A stretch of 63,367 nt of DNA, counting the filler, from Sphacelaria rigidula (lineage: Eukaryota), in assembly GCA_964200075.2 (NCBI GenBank). It is 9 parts of 9 records of this genome, joined end to end, with 100 filler letters (N's around TTAATTAATTAA, not from the genome) between each part and the next. Parts side by side here need not be neighbours in the genome. Positions count along the whole stretch, not along the records: positions 1 to 6,953 come from CAXNAA020017238.1; positions 7,054 to 14,005 come from CAXNAA020017239.1; 7 more parts are not named here. One strand, given 5' to 3'. The notes under the pieces are model-generated. The model had not been told where the DNA came from. It saw only the letters and a list, made by a program, of their open reading frames with translations, and made no database searches. Shown in pieces: positions 1 through 12,889 of this stretch. The translations under genes and the position numbers were made by a program. The number at the start of each line of letters is the position of its first letter. The first letter of the stretch is position 1.

Positions 1-58
1 GGTCAGTGGTCTTATGACTATGGCATGCATGATCATGAGTACCCCCCCCCCCCCCCCC
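1..58 (+). mobile_element. 3' end of SINE-like repeat family B with poly-C tract
   Basis: GGTCAGTGGTCTTATGACTATGGCATGCATGATCATGAGTAC followed by (C)n; same terminus at 28210, 43320, 43830, 63080 and on the minus strand at 13926 and 49420. Confidence 0.75.
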
Positions 59-2072
59 TGCAAAAATAACCTTCAAAAACAGCAAAAAAGACACAGAAAA
101 CCAGCAAACCGGTTGTTCGGCCATTTTCTGAGTATCGATAAAATATGGACATGGACGCTTTTTTCGTCGATATTTTCAAAAATCATATCGAACTTGTTAT
201 TCCGTTCGCTTCTCAACACTGTTATCTACTCACACCCCTCACTGCGACAACTATCACGCCAAAATCAAGATTAATCGGGCGCACACGCGCAGATGATACA
301 CCCAACGTTGGTCCGTGGCCACAAAAGTCACGTGCGCCATTTTGGGCTATCGCACGCCTTGCTGCGCGTACAGCAGTACAGGGGGGTCAAGTGAAGCTCG
401 CGCGCAAATTTGGTTGCCGGAGTAGTATTATCTGGTACCACAAACAGCAAGTAAGCGGCGGAGCAGCTGAATCTTGTCCAGGGTGAGCTGCTACTTTCCT
501 TGCAGGTGGCACTGGTGAGAATCCCTTTTCCAAGATATACTGCAGTTACTTCTGCCAGCACTGTGCAGACAACACTTGTCACTGTGCCAACACAGCCTTC
601 GGTAGATACCGTTACGAGCTCGGATGACGTGGCACGTTGCCGTTGATTCGCTGTGTGATGAGCGGTTCCTGTTTTTCGGCTATCTTGCTTACTTTTCCTC
701 ATGTGCTCTATGGATGGGGACTTGATACCCCTAGGGAGACTCACTGTTTGACTTCAACTTGTCGCCCAGACCCACAAATTACGCTCGAATACCTCATGAT
801 CACTGTTGCTGTTGTTGCTGCTTCCTTTTGCTACTGCTGCTCTTGTTTGCGTTGGAGCAGAGCGACGAGGAGGCAGCAGCAGACCGTCCAGTGACCGGAT
901 TCATGCTCACGAAGGCAAGTACGGTGGAAGACAAACGAATGCTGAAGCCGGCCAGCGGCTGTCCAGGACTGCCGATGCCGTGATCCGTGCGTCTTTGCGG
1001 TGATTGTCGAACCTTGCCCAACGTGCCAAATACAGAGTTATCATATTTTTCGTTTTTTTCGTCCCGGTATCCTTGCGATGGACGGCCCGCATGGCCAAGG
1101 CTAACCGTGTATACAGCGTGCCGTGATACCCACCTTGTATGAAATATAACGCTCCAATTTTTCGACGACTTTGCCACATACGAAGTGTGATGAACTGTTG
1201 GGGCGCCCGCAGATGAAAAAGTGGAAGTATTTACGACGGTAAGTGAATAGTGACTGCGATACCGACCGATTGATAAGATGAACATCCTGGGTATTTCGAG
1301 ATTAGGTACGAACAATAACATAATGTATTGACCGTGTGATTCTGTTCGACTGATCATGGCCCTCAGTCAGGGTGTGATCGTATGATATAGTACTATAGTA
1401 CTACCGTGCGAGAATTGCCAGAAGTCCTAATAAAGCTGCAAGTATGGAATGTGCAGGCTTGTACAGATAGTGTGTTCGGAGATTATGTTCAACGTGAACG
1501 AGCGATTCTTTTGTGTCCCTCTTGCTTCGCTCAAAGTCAAATTTTCTCTCGTTCATAGTAATTTCTTCCTCTGGTACACGATTTTCCAGCAATTCCCTGT
1601 TTTTTTGGTGTGTGTTTCCACGTACTGTGGCCGTCTCCAGGCACAATTTTCAATTCCTGGGGCAGCTGCATAGTGCCGTTTCCAACAAAGTCTCGATTTG
1701 CTTTGCCGAGGGCGTTGACGTCGTAATTTTGTGCTCCTCTTCACGACTCTTTTGCAGTCGACGTCACCATTTTTTGTAATGATTGGCGAGATTCCTCGTT
1801 TTTTACGCCTAAATTTCTGGCGGCATTAAAGCTCGGACGGATTTCGAAAAACCGTTGCTGCATTCGACAGATACTCCGAGTTAGTCCGTCTACAACAATG
1901 CGTGAGATCAGGCAAGATATGGCCGACAGCAACAGTGGAGGGCGAGCGCTTGTGGTGGACAACAATGGGCGCTTAAGAGGGATCGTCACTAGGACTGACC
2001 TCTTGAGACAGGTGAGGAGAACTGCCCTTGCGATGCCTTGTTCATGACGTGTGAGTGGCGATGGTCGTTCGA

Positions 2073-2342
2073 GTACAGGCTGGTTCACACTGATCATCCA
2101 AAATTACGTCGTCAGCAAACTGTATGCCTTCCGCAATCCCTACCCAATAATCGTGTACGTGGTATCATATTGACCGCAATGAACAGCCGCAAAGGGTGAC
2201 AGCCAGCTTCTCATGTAAGGTCATAGCGGTGGTGCTCAGGGTGAAAAGGTACCTCGACCAATCAGCACCATTCAAATTGCTCTGAAATGAAAAAGACGAA
2301 TCCTCAAGTTGATTTCCACCCAATTTCCACACGCTCTAAATC
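2073..2342 (+). repeat. Dispersed repeat, probably a DNA-transposon end (starts TACAGGCTGGTTCAC)
   Basis: Colinear similarity to ~40586-40852; TA-CAG start resembles Tc1/mariner ends; matching second TIR not found. Confidence 0.5.
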
Positions 2343-3603
2343 ACATTTCTCAGTTTTTGGAACATTTGACACCGGTTTAGACTCAGAACTGATGTTATCG
2401 TTACCGCGTGTCTGAGGCACTATTCGTCACGTCACGGAGCGGAGTCTGACCTTTTTCCCCGCTTCACTCGGCCCAGAGGTTTCGAGAACGGTCTCCGAAC
2501 GGAAATCTGATCGCAGAAAGAAAAATGTGGCGTATGTAGCGGATTTTTCACGTATTCTTTACATTTTTTATTTCGATTCGAGTTTCAGAGGCATTTCCCG
2601 AAACCTTAAAGCCGAGGAAATCGGATGATTGGACCAGATATCCGTTTGTATTATTAATTCTGCACATTACGTTAGAGAGGTGGTAAATGGCGTCCAGGAC
2701 ACGTGATGGCGATATTTCGTGTTTCAGTACTTGAAACTGTGTCAAGCGCGCCAAAATCTGAAATAATCCGATAAAAAAAAAAATCTTCATAAATGATAGC
2801 CTATCTTGTGAACAAAATTGTTCACGGTGTAGTATTGACGCTGCTGACCTCTGAATTCCTGTTCATGGTAATCCTATCCCACAAACACTAAATTGCATAT
2901 CTAGCAGGGCAGGCGGTGTCGGAAGTATACTTCCTGTGCTAGCGTTCTCCTGATCTCCGGGTATAAATGAGCTGTAGTCCGAAAATTGGGGTGGGAAGTT
3001 GTGCAATCTCCTGTCGAAGGACTGGAGCAGTGCATCTTGCTGTTCTTCGTGCTGCAACCGCAGCGGGCAGAAAACAAAAAAAGGAGCACAAAAATCGCAC
3101 ATCTGGAGACATGCGGTTGCGCTGAGTGTGACCTTCAATGTGACCCCTTTTGATTTATTTTTTCGTCGACAGTGTTAGGCTGAAGAAACAGTAGATTTTG
3201 TGACAGGCTTCCAAACGTACCGATTCTCACTCGTAAAAATTGTTGTAGTTCGACGGTGAGAATGCATATCTCTGAGCTCGAATCATGAAGCCTTCCGAGC
3301 ATATCATGAATGTGCGAATGTTCTCCCCCATCATTGAGGTACGTCTCAGCTGTGGTCGGCATGTTGGTGCTGGTGGTGGTTGCCGCAAGTATTGTTTGAC
3401 ATGGTGCTTTAGAGCCCGGCACCGAACGTACGCAAATATGGCACTCAATGAATGTGTCGCTCGTGGGCGTAGGATAGTGTAGGCAAGTCAGCGAGGTCTA
3501 ACCAGCCGGCTCAAGCATGGGTTATACCGTTTTGCACACCACGTCCAACCAAGCGGAAGTCAAAGCTATCAAAACGGCAGTGTCATTTCACTTCTCTATC
3601 TAG

Positions 3604-3928
3604 GCCATGTTGAATCCTTTGGGCATTTTCTTTTTTCCTTTTTTTTTCATCGTCTTACTGTATTTTATTTTATTTGCTCTGTACTTTCCTCTTCTTTTTT
3701 TTTTTCGGTCGGCCATCTGTTTCTGGGCTTTGCTTGTGTTGACTTTTTTTATTACTTTTTTTGTTACGACTCAGTCTGCTATGTCGTTCTGTTCGACTTT
3801 TTTTTTCTTCTGTTCCTTCTTATTTTCAGAGCGTGTTTCAGTTTCGTTTTCTTGCGTATGTCCATCATGAGACCATGGTTGGTCCCCTGGGGGTTCAGTT
3901 AGAGTGCGACAATCAATCAATCAATCAA
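3604..3928 (+). mobile_element. Retroposon 3' end with (AATC)n tail
   Basis: CCCCTGGGGGTTCAGTTAGAGTGCGAC(AATC)n; homologous end on minus strand at ~50390-50460; 5' boundary approximate. Confidence 0.55.
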
Positions 3929-3944
3929 GTAGCGTGGCTGCCTT

Positions 3945-4483
3945 TAGCAGTGGGCGCCTGAACTGTTCATGTTGCAATGCCTTCGTAATTGGCGATTTTC
4001 TTAGGCTCTTTCGCTTACCACCGCTTATCACGTTGAGGATCTGAAGACACTTGTATCCGCTCCACATTCCAAGAAAAAAAATTCATCTGTAGTCAATATT
4101 GAGTGACTTACGGGCTGACGGGTCATCGGGGGTCCTGATACGTTTCAGCCAAGATTCTGACTCTTCAGTATTTTAGGTGGATCGAGCCTGTCCCAATCGT
4201 ATTTGTGAAGAGATGCGCAGGTTTGTTTTTTGGAAGTTCCACCTACTCAGTGCGCTAGAGCCGAAAAACTGTGCTTCACGGTCAATACCACCTTCCTAAT
4301 AAACGGGGTATATATTTGTATCGCAGAATAAAACCAACTGACACTAACTTGAGCACTGGGGGGAGAAGACGGTCTGTTGATTTTACCAAAATCTACCGAC
4401 CCTAGCACTTTCGAGGACTATCGAAGAGTACTTACGAAATTAAAGCATTTCTGAACAATGAATAGTTCAGGCGCCCACTACTG
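3945..4483. mobile_element. Non-autonomous TIR element (MITE-like)
   Basis: Inverted termini CAGTGGGCGCCTGAACTGTTCAT (3948) and ATGAATAGTTCAGGCGCCCACTA (ends 4480); no clean TSD. Confidence 0.55.
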
Positions 4484-4729
4484 TAGACTTATACAAGTGC
4501 TGGTGGGGATAGGGTCCGTCACGTGTCGCAATTGAAGTCAACCAACGACCCCTACTCTTCTCTTCTTGTTCCAGCTGTTTGTGCTGTGAAATAGTAGTAG
4601 CACACGCGTCATTTTGTCTTGACTTTCCTGTATTCATTCACTTCGCCGCTCATGTGTGCCACGCATCGTCATATACGGACATGTCTGGCGCATCAAAATA
4701 CTCTCCAGAGTTACTTGAGCGCTCTCAAC

Positions 4730-4779
<50 letters not shown>

Positions 4780-6724
4780 ACCCCCCCGTCNNNNNNNTGG
4801 TGGCCCCCCAATGCTCAATACCGGCAATGTCGGCCCAACAAAAACCCCCCCCGGAGTTACTTGGGCCCCCCCACCCCCCCCCCCCCCCCCCCCGCTGCCG
4901 CCCCTCCCGAATCCTAATGACGTCGATCGCCTGATTGTTGTGCAACAGTACCAATTTTACCGACAACTCAAGGGTCCAGCGCGCTCTCCACTGTACAGGC
5001 AATGGATAGGGGCGGCCGTGGAGCCTGGAGATGCCATTACGCATGGCACAGACGGTGTCGACGACCGCAGTCGTTGCTCTCACGCCGTAGCGACCTTTTT
5101 GGGATGAATCCGAGAGTGTGTCGGGTAGGGTATTTCCTACATTTGGGTATTTCAATAGATCGTATACTTGAGCACCCAAAGCATGGGTGGAGCGTTGATA
5201 TCTTACTCAACAATACCTGGATATTGTGTGGAGTAATGCGATCGTGCCTGAGTTTCCCCCATGTAGGGGTATAGTTTGAAGAGTGGACCATCGCAACACA
5301 AAATTCGGGAGAGTAAATACGTAAGTACACGGGTATTCACCCTACTCGACATACGCTTGGATGAATCATTGGACTGCTCTTTTCTCATATCCCCACCCCC
5401 TCCTCATTCACATGCACGTTTCTTGGAGTTTGTGCCCTTATATTGAATAGAGTAGGATCTATAGAGCGAAGTTTGGGATGGCGGCGGGGGTTGGAGTGTT
5501 ATGCGTCCTTCACAGCCGAGCGAAGTGGTTGTAAAGTCACGACGCTAAGGATGGAATCGTCGTGACAAAACATTGACGGAACCAGTTGCCATACTATCGT
5601 ATGGTATGGTATGGTATGGTATACGGTCTCCGTGGCGACGTGTCAGCATAGTCATGATGTACGAGTCACATGTTCTTGCGTATGTTCGCAAGGTGTTCCT
5701 CATTTCTCGATTTAGAGGCATGGTCCTGTGCCCCTTGTTTTCAGAGTTTTTCATCGAGGAAATAGCGTTTTATTTTATTTTACTGAGATATACAGTAGAG
5801 CGAATTTGAAGCGAAAAAGGGCAAAGAAAACAAGATGCTGACAAGACGAGTCGAACCAGCGTGTTCGCGTTGCAAAATACATGAGTCTTCCTCCTTCTTC
5901 CTCAGGACCCATTTGAAAAAGAAAGCTGCGGTTTGGGAACCATGAAATTTTTGCCACGGATTACGCTGTATTTCCGTAGAAGGAGCCGCACTATGAAATC
6001 CGTTCGAAGCGGAATGTGCGTGGATCGAGTCCACTTTCCGGGTACTGTTCCGTGTTTCTGTTATTATGACCTCTGTGCGACCCGACCCGCTTACAAACAA
6101 CCCCGGGCTAGTCAACCCGGGCCGTCTTCCCGGGTCTGTCACCCTGGGACTGTCATCATCCAATCCCCAGTTTGGGAGCGTCATTCTCCCATGTCAAGAT
6201 GTCTCCTCGGGGGTGCATCCCCCACTCTGTCATTCTGTACCTCAACCCAAACCGACTTGCAAAGTCCGTCCTGTTCAAGTCCACGTCGCGGCTCCGCACA
6301 CTCCGTACCCTTTCACCGAATGAGAAGCTACAACCTACACCCACCCACCCTCCGGGTAGGATAAGTCACACTCACCGTCCGACTGTGTCTTATATTTCCT
6401 ATTTTTCTGACGCTACAGTCCCTTCACTCCGTAGAACCACGGTTTTAGCCTTGAAAATCCTTGCTTGTTTTGTTGCCAGTCGGTTGGGGAACCATTGCTG
6501 CAGTACCGAAATGCCGTCGTGTTCTGCTCGGTCATTCCAAACCGACAACATTCGATGCTTGTTGGAGGGAATGAGGTTGCCAGCGCGGCCAATACGAAAT
6601 GTTCATGGGATTCGCGGTGCATAATATAGCCGTGACCTGCTCAACGTTGCCTGCACTGAACGGGGCGCCTTCCTTCCTAAACCCTTTTAGACGTGAAAGT
6701 AAATGGAATCTACGTTCAATATTG

Positions 6725-6953
6725 CAAGGGTCGGACAAATCAATGATTCGTCTGGAAATTACTTCGTTTTAGTGTAATTGATTCGAATTGTACGAATCAA
6801 TCCCTAGCCTTTTTTTCAGCGTTGCAACCCAGGGATACGCAGCCCAGACACGTGGAATGGCGCATAAGTTGCGTGGATACCCCTTGGACCAGCGGTAAAC
6901 TTTTTTCTCCCTTTTGGGCCATCAGGTCGAAGAAATCGTGGATTTGGTGATTC
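6725..6953 (-). mobile_element. hAT-type MITE, truncated by contig end
   Basis: Reverse-complement homolog of 62115-62372; begins CAAGGGTCGGACAAAT. Confidence 0.75.
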
Positions 6954-7053
6954 NNNNNNNNNNNNNNNNNNNNNNNNNNNNNNNNNNNNNNNNNNNNTTA
7001 ATTAATTAANNNNNNNNNNNNNNNNNNNNNNNNNNNNNNNNNNNNNNNNNNNN
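6954..7053. other. Artificial contig linker N44-TTAATTAATTAA-N44
   Basis: 100-bp spacer with stops in all six frames. Confidence 0.98.
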
Positions 7054-7539
7054 TCACTTGAAGCGAATGATCAAAGCCACTCTCAATCGTATCATCTACT
7101 CTCAATCTCACGGAAACACTGTTAAATACGGTAACGCGAGGGTATCAGCTTTAGGGTGTGGACAACGTAACAGTTACAAACATCGTGATATGTGGCGTGA
7201 TCTAGACCCGACCGTGGATGAGTACGACACAGACGTGAGTTTGAGACCATCATGGGTCAGGCTGGTTGGGATGTTTTGGGTCCTCAAAATGACCCTCCGA
7301 AGCCTAGGAGTCACGAACGACCACAAGCGCGTTTTGCTGACTGATCGGTCGTTAGTATGGAGTTTGATGCATACCATCAGAATCAACCATGCACTCAAGA
7401 GTTTAGTCGGGGGTGCGATTCATAACCCACATCGGTTACTATACTGCAGTGTAGGGTAGCATTGTACCGTACCGCACAGTCCCACGTACTCCGTACCAAC
7501 TCTTCGACAATGGCTGGGTCTGCCGCGAAACGGTGACAT

Positions 7540-7960
7540 CGACCAATACTGCGTCGAATTCGTCAAACAGTATCGGGAACAAAATACACCCCTATCTTCA
7601 AGCCTCCGGCAGATGTGGAATCGTTGTCTCTGTTCGCCACCACCCTGCTGTACCCAAGCTCGCATGCCATCGTGGAAGATGAAAATGACCTTGATCATCC
7701 GCGGTGGGACTCCGGCACGAGCGAGTACTCCCCGCAGGAGCGTGCGGTCTACGGAGCCACGCGCTTCTTGGAGATCGATCAAGCACATGTCCGGCGGGAT
7801 ATGGCTCGCCCGTCCGCACTCCTGCAGTCGGTGTTCTATAAGCGTCATGTTGATGATCTATCGTTGGGTCAAGCTATGTCAAAGACTCGGATCTGTGTGT
7901 TTACACCCGAGATGATAAAAGGCGCCGGAGGGAAAGCAAGCCAATACTTGCACCACAAGA
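7540..7960 (-). pseudogene. RTE-clade LINE reverse transcriptase fragment
   Basis: CLIDLQEARGSVDRTLLRGVLARAGVPPRMIKVIFIFHDGMRA resembles RTE RT motif FIDLxKAYDSVDR...GVP...FHDGM; frameshifted. Confidence 0.75.
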
Positions 7961-10278
7961 CGTGAAAAAAAGCGAATGCTTAACTCTATGAACTCCAAAA
8001 GAGCACAATGTTGCGATTAGATCTATATGCAATTCTATCTTTCCTTAAATATTATTTTATTTTTATTTATTTTTCCGCACATCAGTCCGATCTCGCGAAC
8101 CCGTGGTCACAGACGTAGGTTCGCCTTTCCAATACCGTCCCTGCTATTCATTACAAGACATAAAACCAAAAATAAAAATAAGAAGAGAGATGCCACGAAA
8201 ACCGCTGAGAAGCAGCTCCCCCGAGTTCAGCGGGGAGAGAAAAAAAGGGAAGAAAAACAAACAACGCACGCCAGATCTGTCAAAAATTCTTAAGAAGTCG
8301 GTATTGACAGAAAAGATCGGGACAAAGTATGACCAACGCCTCCACTGTACCCGAGTGGTTTCAGCGGTCCAGGTGAAACCAATTAGGTCGGGAGGGAGAT
8401 TGACGGTTCGGATCTCGGGTAGATGCAACTGGACTCTTTCCCACAAAAAGTGTATGATTTCCGTTGTGAAAAGCATGACGTGAGTAGCAGAGAAGAGTGC
8501 TAGTCATGATCCAATTCGCGATCCCGAGAGGAAAGGTGTGCACCGCGGGAGAGATGGGTGGACCGCTTGGGACCACAGCTTCGCTCCGAGGTTGGGGAGG
8601 AGACAGAAGTGTCGTGAAAAAGCAAGCTCGTGTAATTGCGCAAGCCGTACGCCACTGGCATTGACAGGCATTGCTTGACGGAATCGCGCGCGCTACTGGA
8701 TGAGTTGGGCACCCTAAGGCACTAGTCTCTCGGTGCGCACATAGGAACTGCGAGAAACGCACCGACATACTATTTTCTTTGATGAACCCAGCTCTTCCAG
8801 TATTCCATGCGTTACCGCTACTTTGCTGTACACCCTGGACAAGAGATTTCATCTTCAAAAAGTGTACTGGATACAGTATCGACTATTGCGTCTATTGTAA
8901 TAGACAAACTATTCCATACTATGCACAGTACATATTTTTGACAACATAATCTATTGTTCAGAGTGTTATTTGCTCGTCTTTCCCGATACTGTGCTGCCGC
9001 CAGAGTCGAGAAGGCCGTTGTTGGCCATAGTGGAACTTTGCTCGATTTGGTGAACCAATTGAGCTGGCGTTAGTGGCGGTGCCACATTCATCTCGTCATC
9101 GACCGTGTAGGTTGATCTCGAGGCCGATGGCGCTGTTGAAGTTGTTACTGTTGCCTTAAACTACTCGCAAAAGCATGTGCATGATCCGTTCGTCGGTGCC
9201 CTCCACTGCACTACCAGCAAATACCGCAGATGAGGACACTTCGGCAGCTGCACGACCGTCTCGACCTTATCTCATATTTTCAGCTGAATACTCGATATGT
9301 CTGTCATGCTGCCTCTCAGGATAAGGGGTACGGGTTGAGGGTTAGGTCCGAGGGCACTGAAACGGACCATGGTCATTATCCAAATGCGAGTGTCGTGGGG
9401 GTGGGGGGTGGTGATGACACCAATGTGGACTTAGTTCGAGAAAGCAACGCCTGTACACTGACGTGCTGCCCTTCCTCAGGGGAGGTGTAACTACTAAATA
9501 GACGCGACTCGATTGGATTCGCCCGGGCGACGTTGTGGAGAGGATTCATTGGATGAGTTGTTAGGGCATGTCCGATATTTTGTGGGAGACGTCACTGTGT
9601 TGGCGGCAAGGTGACGATGTTTGGGGCGCAGAGGTAGCGCAATCGGGTGTGAACACATGATTGGACCTCAACATTTTGCTCGTAAGCTGCTTGTCTCAAG
9701 CACGTTTTTCGGTCTTTGTTGGGTGTCCCTGGTTGTTTTTAGGCATCGTATGCGTGATTGGCCAATTTAGCACCCACAGGGTGTCCCCCCCGTGTTAATA
9801 CATTGCTCGTTTATCTTGTGCAGGCTCTTGACAACTCTCCACACACTGTCGAGGTTGCCAAAGGCGCCAACCCGCGATTCGTTCAGATTTGATATGTGTG
9901 TAGAAGTTCCCGTCTAGTTCACTCTCTTGAGGTGTTCAAGATGAAAACAAACGGCGACCGAAGGCTGCTGCGACGAATAGGCGGTAATGACGTCTAAATC
10001 CTGTGTCCCCGTGTATGCTGATTCGGTGGACCTGACCAAGACCCTTCTGTCTAGTTACTAATGTTACAACGCAGACTGTGTACAGTAGTTACACCGTAGC
10101 CTACATTCTCTCCAGATCGTGGCAAATGTGTCCTGTAAGTGTATAATGAATATATTCCCTATTCCCCCATGCACGTTTCGGATGAGCGCGTGCCCACTAA
10201 GCTCCCTGACAGCTCGCCACTCTTCCCCCCCCCTCCCCCCTTCCCCCTGTGATCGATGTTGCGGGCACGCAAAATCAG

Positions 10279-12889
10279 GTGAAGCTAGCGGGCACGGCGA
10301 GTATTAGGGTAGAAGAACTGAGCGCGGACCGTTCTGTAATAAAATTGGCCAACGCTCGAAAAGTGAGTTCTGCGTTGTGTGTTCTCGTTTGTTCTTGTAC
10401 CACAAACATCGCGCTGTGCGGTCAGAAGTCTCATGAGCGGGCACTATCACCCGCACTGTTGTCAGTATTCCCGATGAAAGCATCCAGAATGCCGCAGGAA
10501 GATCGAGACACGTATTTGTAAGCGGCTGGGGTCAAGTTCTTATGAGCCGAGATTTGATGTTTTTTCCAGGCTATATCCCCCGAAAATAATCGTGCCAGGG
10601 TCTTGTTTGTACAGCACGCACGTTATGTCATCCAGGGCCCTTCTGTTGGCCTGTTACCTTGCGTTTCGATACAACCGTCTAATTTGTAGCGAAATTGCAT
10701 TGCTGGTCCTCACTACTGATCCGAGCAGGTTCAAAATCACATAGGTGGGGTGCATGCGTGTGGCATGGCTCTCGCGGCAGAATCTGCGACGGGGATTCTC
10801 ATGGGGATGAACGTACCGGACAGTCGATTACCGCTTTGCAAAAGCATGACTGTTGACTTCAGGAGGCGGGCACAAGGTAAGATTCGCGTCCGTATACAGC
10901 GATTGTGAGCACGAGGAGATGGGATTGTTGCTTTTTTGTTGCGTTTCGTCAGGGCAAGATACGATTAGGTCAACGTTTTACCGTCCCGTCAAGTCAAGGG
11001 GATGACTCCACAATGCTCGTGATCCATCACAAATCTGTGGGCTGTTGTGACGATTCTGCGGGTGAACACGACGCAGGTGGCTTGACTGCTGTGGCTACTT
11101 TGACGGAGGATCAACGGCGGGAGATGCGATTACAGGAGAAGGGAGAGGCGACGGTGCAGGTGAGACGATTTCCCTCTACACGCACACATTGAATGATGCC
11201 GTCGTGCTTTTTGTTTGTTGAGATAAAAGAACCAACAGCTGCCGCTCACGCGCCTCGAATACATCGTGAAATTTCGTGTCCTTGCTAGTCTCTCCTTCGT
11301 TTCGTCGTCCGCTGGGCCGATAATCCCTACTGTATGGCGGTCCAGGATGCTCCCTGTCCAAGGGACTAAGGGGTGTCTCCGGTGCAAACAGCACCAGCTG
11401 TATCAACTCATGAAACGAAAAAATGGTCGACCAACTAGCCCAGTGTGCGCAGCTCCCTCTAGTCGGCCATTTGGACACTTCATCTCTCACCACGCGAGTA
11501 CACCAATACTGTTCACCAGCGGCAGCTGGAGGATGACTGGAAACAGAGATCAGGATTACCGAGTATCTTGCGCGATGGTGCTGGGGTTTTTGGTATGTGC
11601 GTCGCTGACGCCGAGGCGTTAACATCGAGGATTGTTTTCCGACATCGAACTCGTCGTTCGAAAAGTTATGACCAAACAAACATGGTCGCTACGCCCCGGC
11701 GATGAAAGTCGTTCATCATGGCGCAGTTGCGGTGGAGTTGTGGGTTCGAATACCAAGAGTATGGTTCTATATCACAGGTGCCAGGTGTCCATCACGTGGG
11801 GAGTGTGAGGGCGTTTATCAACAATTGACAACGTTGAAATTGTTTCAATGTCGACGGGCTGTGGGGATGCTGATGGTCATTATCCAATGCTCGATGGTAT
11901 TTTGCAAGGCAGGTATGAGGCGAGGGGTGGGTTGGTCCCTTGAGAGTACTGATTCGTTCCGAGAAGAAGGGGGAGGGAGGCATACTCATTTGTTGCTTGC
12001 CTCAGTCGTTTGATCCTTGACCCCGCATATCCCTTTCGAGACGGAGCAAGCGCGGGGGGGAAGAGGGGTGTCTACATTTTTACCGTTCAACATCAATCGC
12101 CAATATTGTACATAGGCAAATCCGATATATTGATGATGTATGTATCGCTGCGGCGACCTTTTACGCCAGGCGAGCACGTAAACCCGGTGCAAAATGCACT
12201 CACACCTGCTGGTAAGTGGACCCCACCGGAGGCGGGGAAAATGCATATCTCGGCATAGTCTTCTCGAGGACGAAACTCTGTGCGCAACGATGGATGCCGC
12301 CGTTCCCAAATGTGAGGGCGCAGATTGCGAGTGTGTTTACATCAGGCGGTGTAGCAGAAAATGCGCAATGGCACGTGTTTCCCACCTGCGTTATCGTGCG
12401 GAAACCGCACCGTCTTCGGGCAAAACACTGTGGAATCGTGCTTCACCTTCATGAGCAAGCCCTCGCCGGTGGTCGTTCGTTAGTAATTCACATACAAAAC
12501 AACGCTTTGATTTCGACACCTTGCGAAAAGGCGCGCTCGTCCCTTAAATTTTTCGATGTACGCCGACGAACTACTCGCATTTATGGTGTTGCACACGATC
12601 ACTAGATTTCTGTCGATGCATGTCGCCTTTGCCGTGCTACCTCGACGCACTCCTTTCCTCCTATTTTTGACTACGAATGCCTCTCTAGTCGGGTAATCAG
12701 CTCACTCCTTGCCGCCGCCGCCCACCTCGCCTTCACATGTATGCCTGCCGTTATCCTCACTTGCGCTTTTCTCTGATCGTTGCTCACCATGATCGGGCAT
12801 GAAAGGTAACGGTTACAGATGAGTCAGGCAAGGAGCCAATCGAGGCGACGTTCGTGTGGGCATGGGTTCCGAAGAAGAGAAAAATGTGA
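10279..12889 (+). CDS. DUF4442 / PaaI-like hot-dog-fold thioesterase, spliced, 5'-partial (exons 10279-10362, 10729-10876, 11077-11159, 12806-12889)
   Basis: All exons are AG/GT-bounded with matching phases 0,1,0. They give 132 aa VKLAGTASIRVEELSADRSVIKLANARK-VQNHIGGVHACGMALAAESATGILMGMNVPDSRLPLCKSMTVDFRRRAQG-GLTAVATLTEDQRREMRLQEKGEATVQ-VTVTDESGKEPIEATFVWAWVPKKRKM*. NHIGGVHA...AESATG and C-terminal WAW are typical of DUF4442 proteins. First exon not located. Confidence 0.88.
11968..12050 (-). mobile_element. LINE family A 3' end inside intron 3
   Basis: Reverse complement of GCTCCGTCTCGAAAGGGATATGCGGGGTCAAGGATCAAACGACTGAGGCAAGCAACAAATGAGTATG plus C-rich tract. Confidence 0.7.

Noticed and set aside
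1400-3450. Coding-like minus-strand segments (1401-1780, 2863-3422)
   Set aside because: Fragmented and no family recognised; cannot support a product call.
4579-5179. Poly-Pro/poly-Gly ORFs here and at ~35000, ~49700 and ~55800
   Set aside because: They arise from C/G homopolymers and low-quality sequence next to N gaps.
6998-7009. Regularly spaced TTAATTAATTAA as a biological periodic repeat
   Set aside because: Embedded in N runs; it is a six-frame stop linker.
12878-12889. Peroxisomal PTS1 on the thioesterase (-RKM)
   Set aside because: The -3 residue does not fit the [SAC][KRH][LM] consensus.
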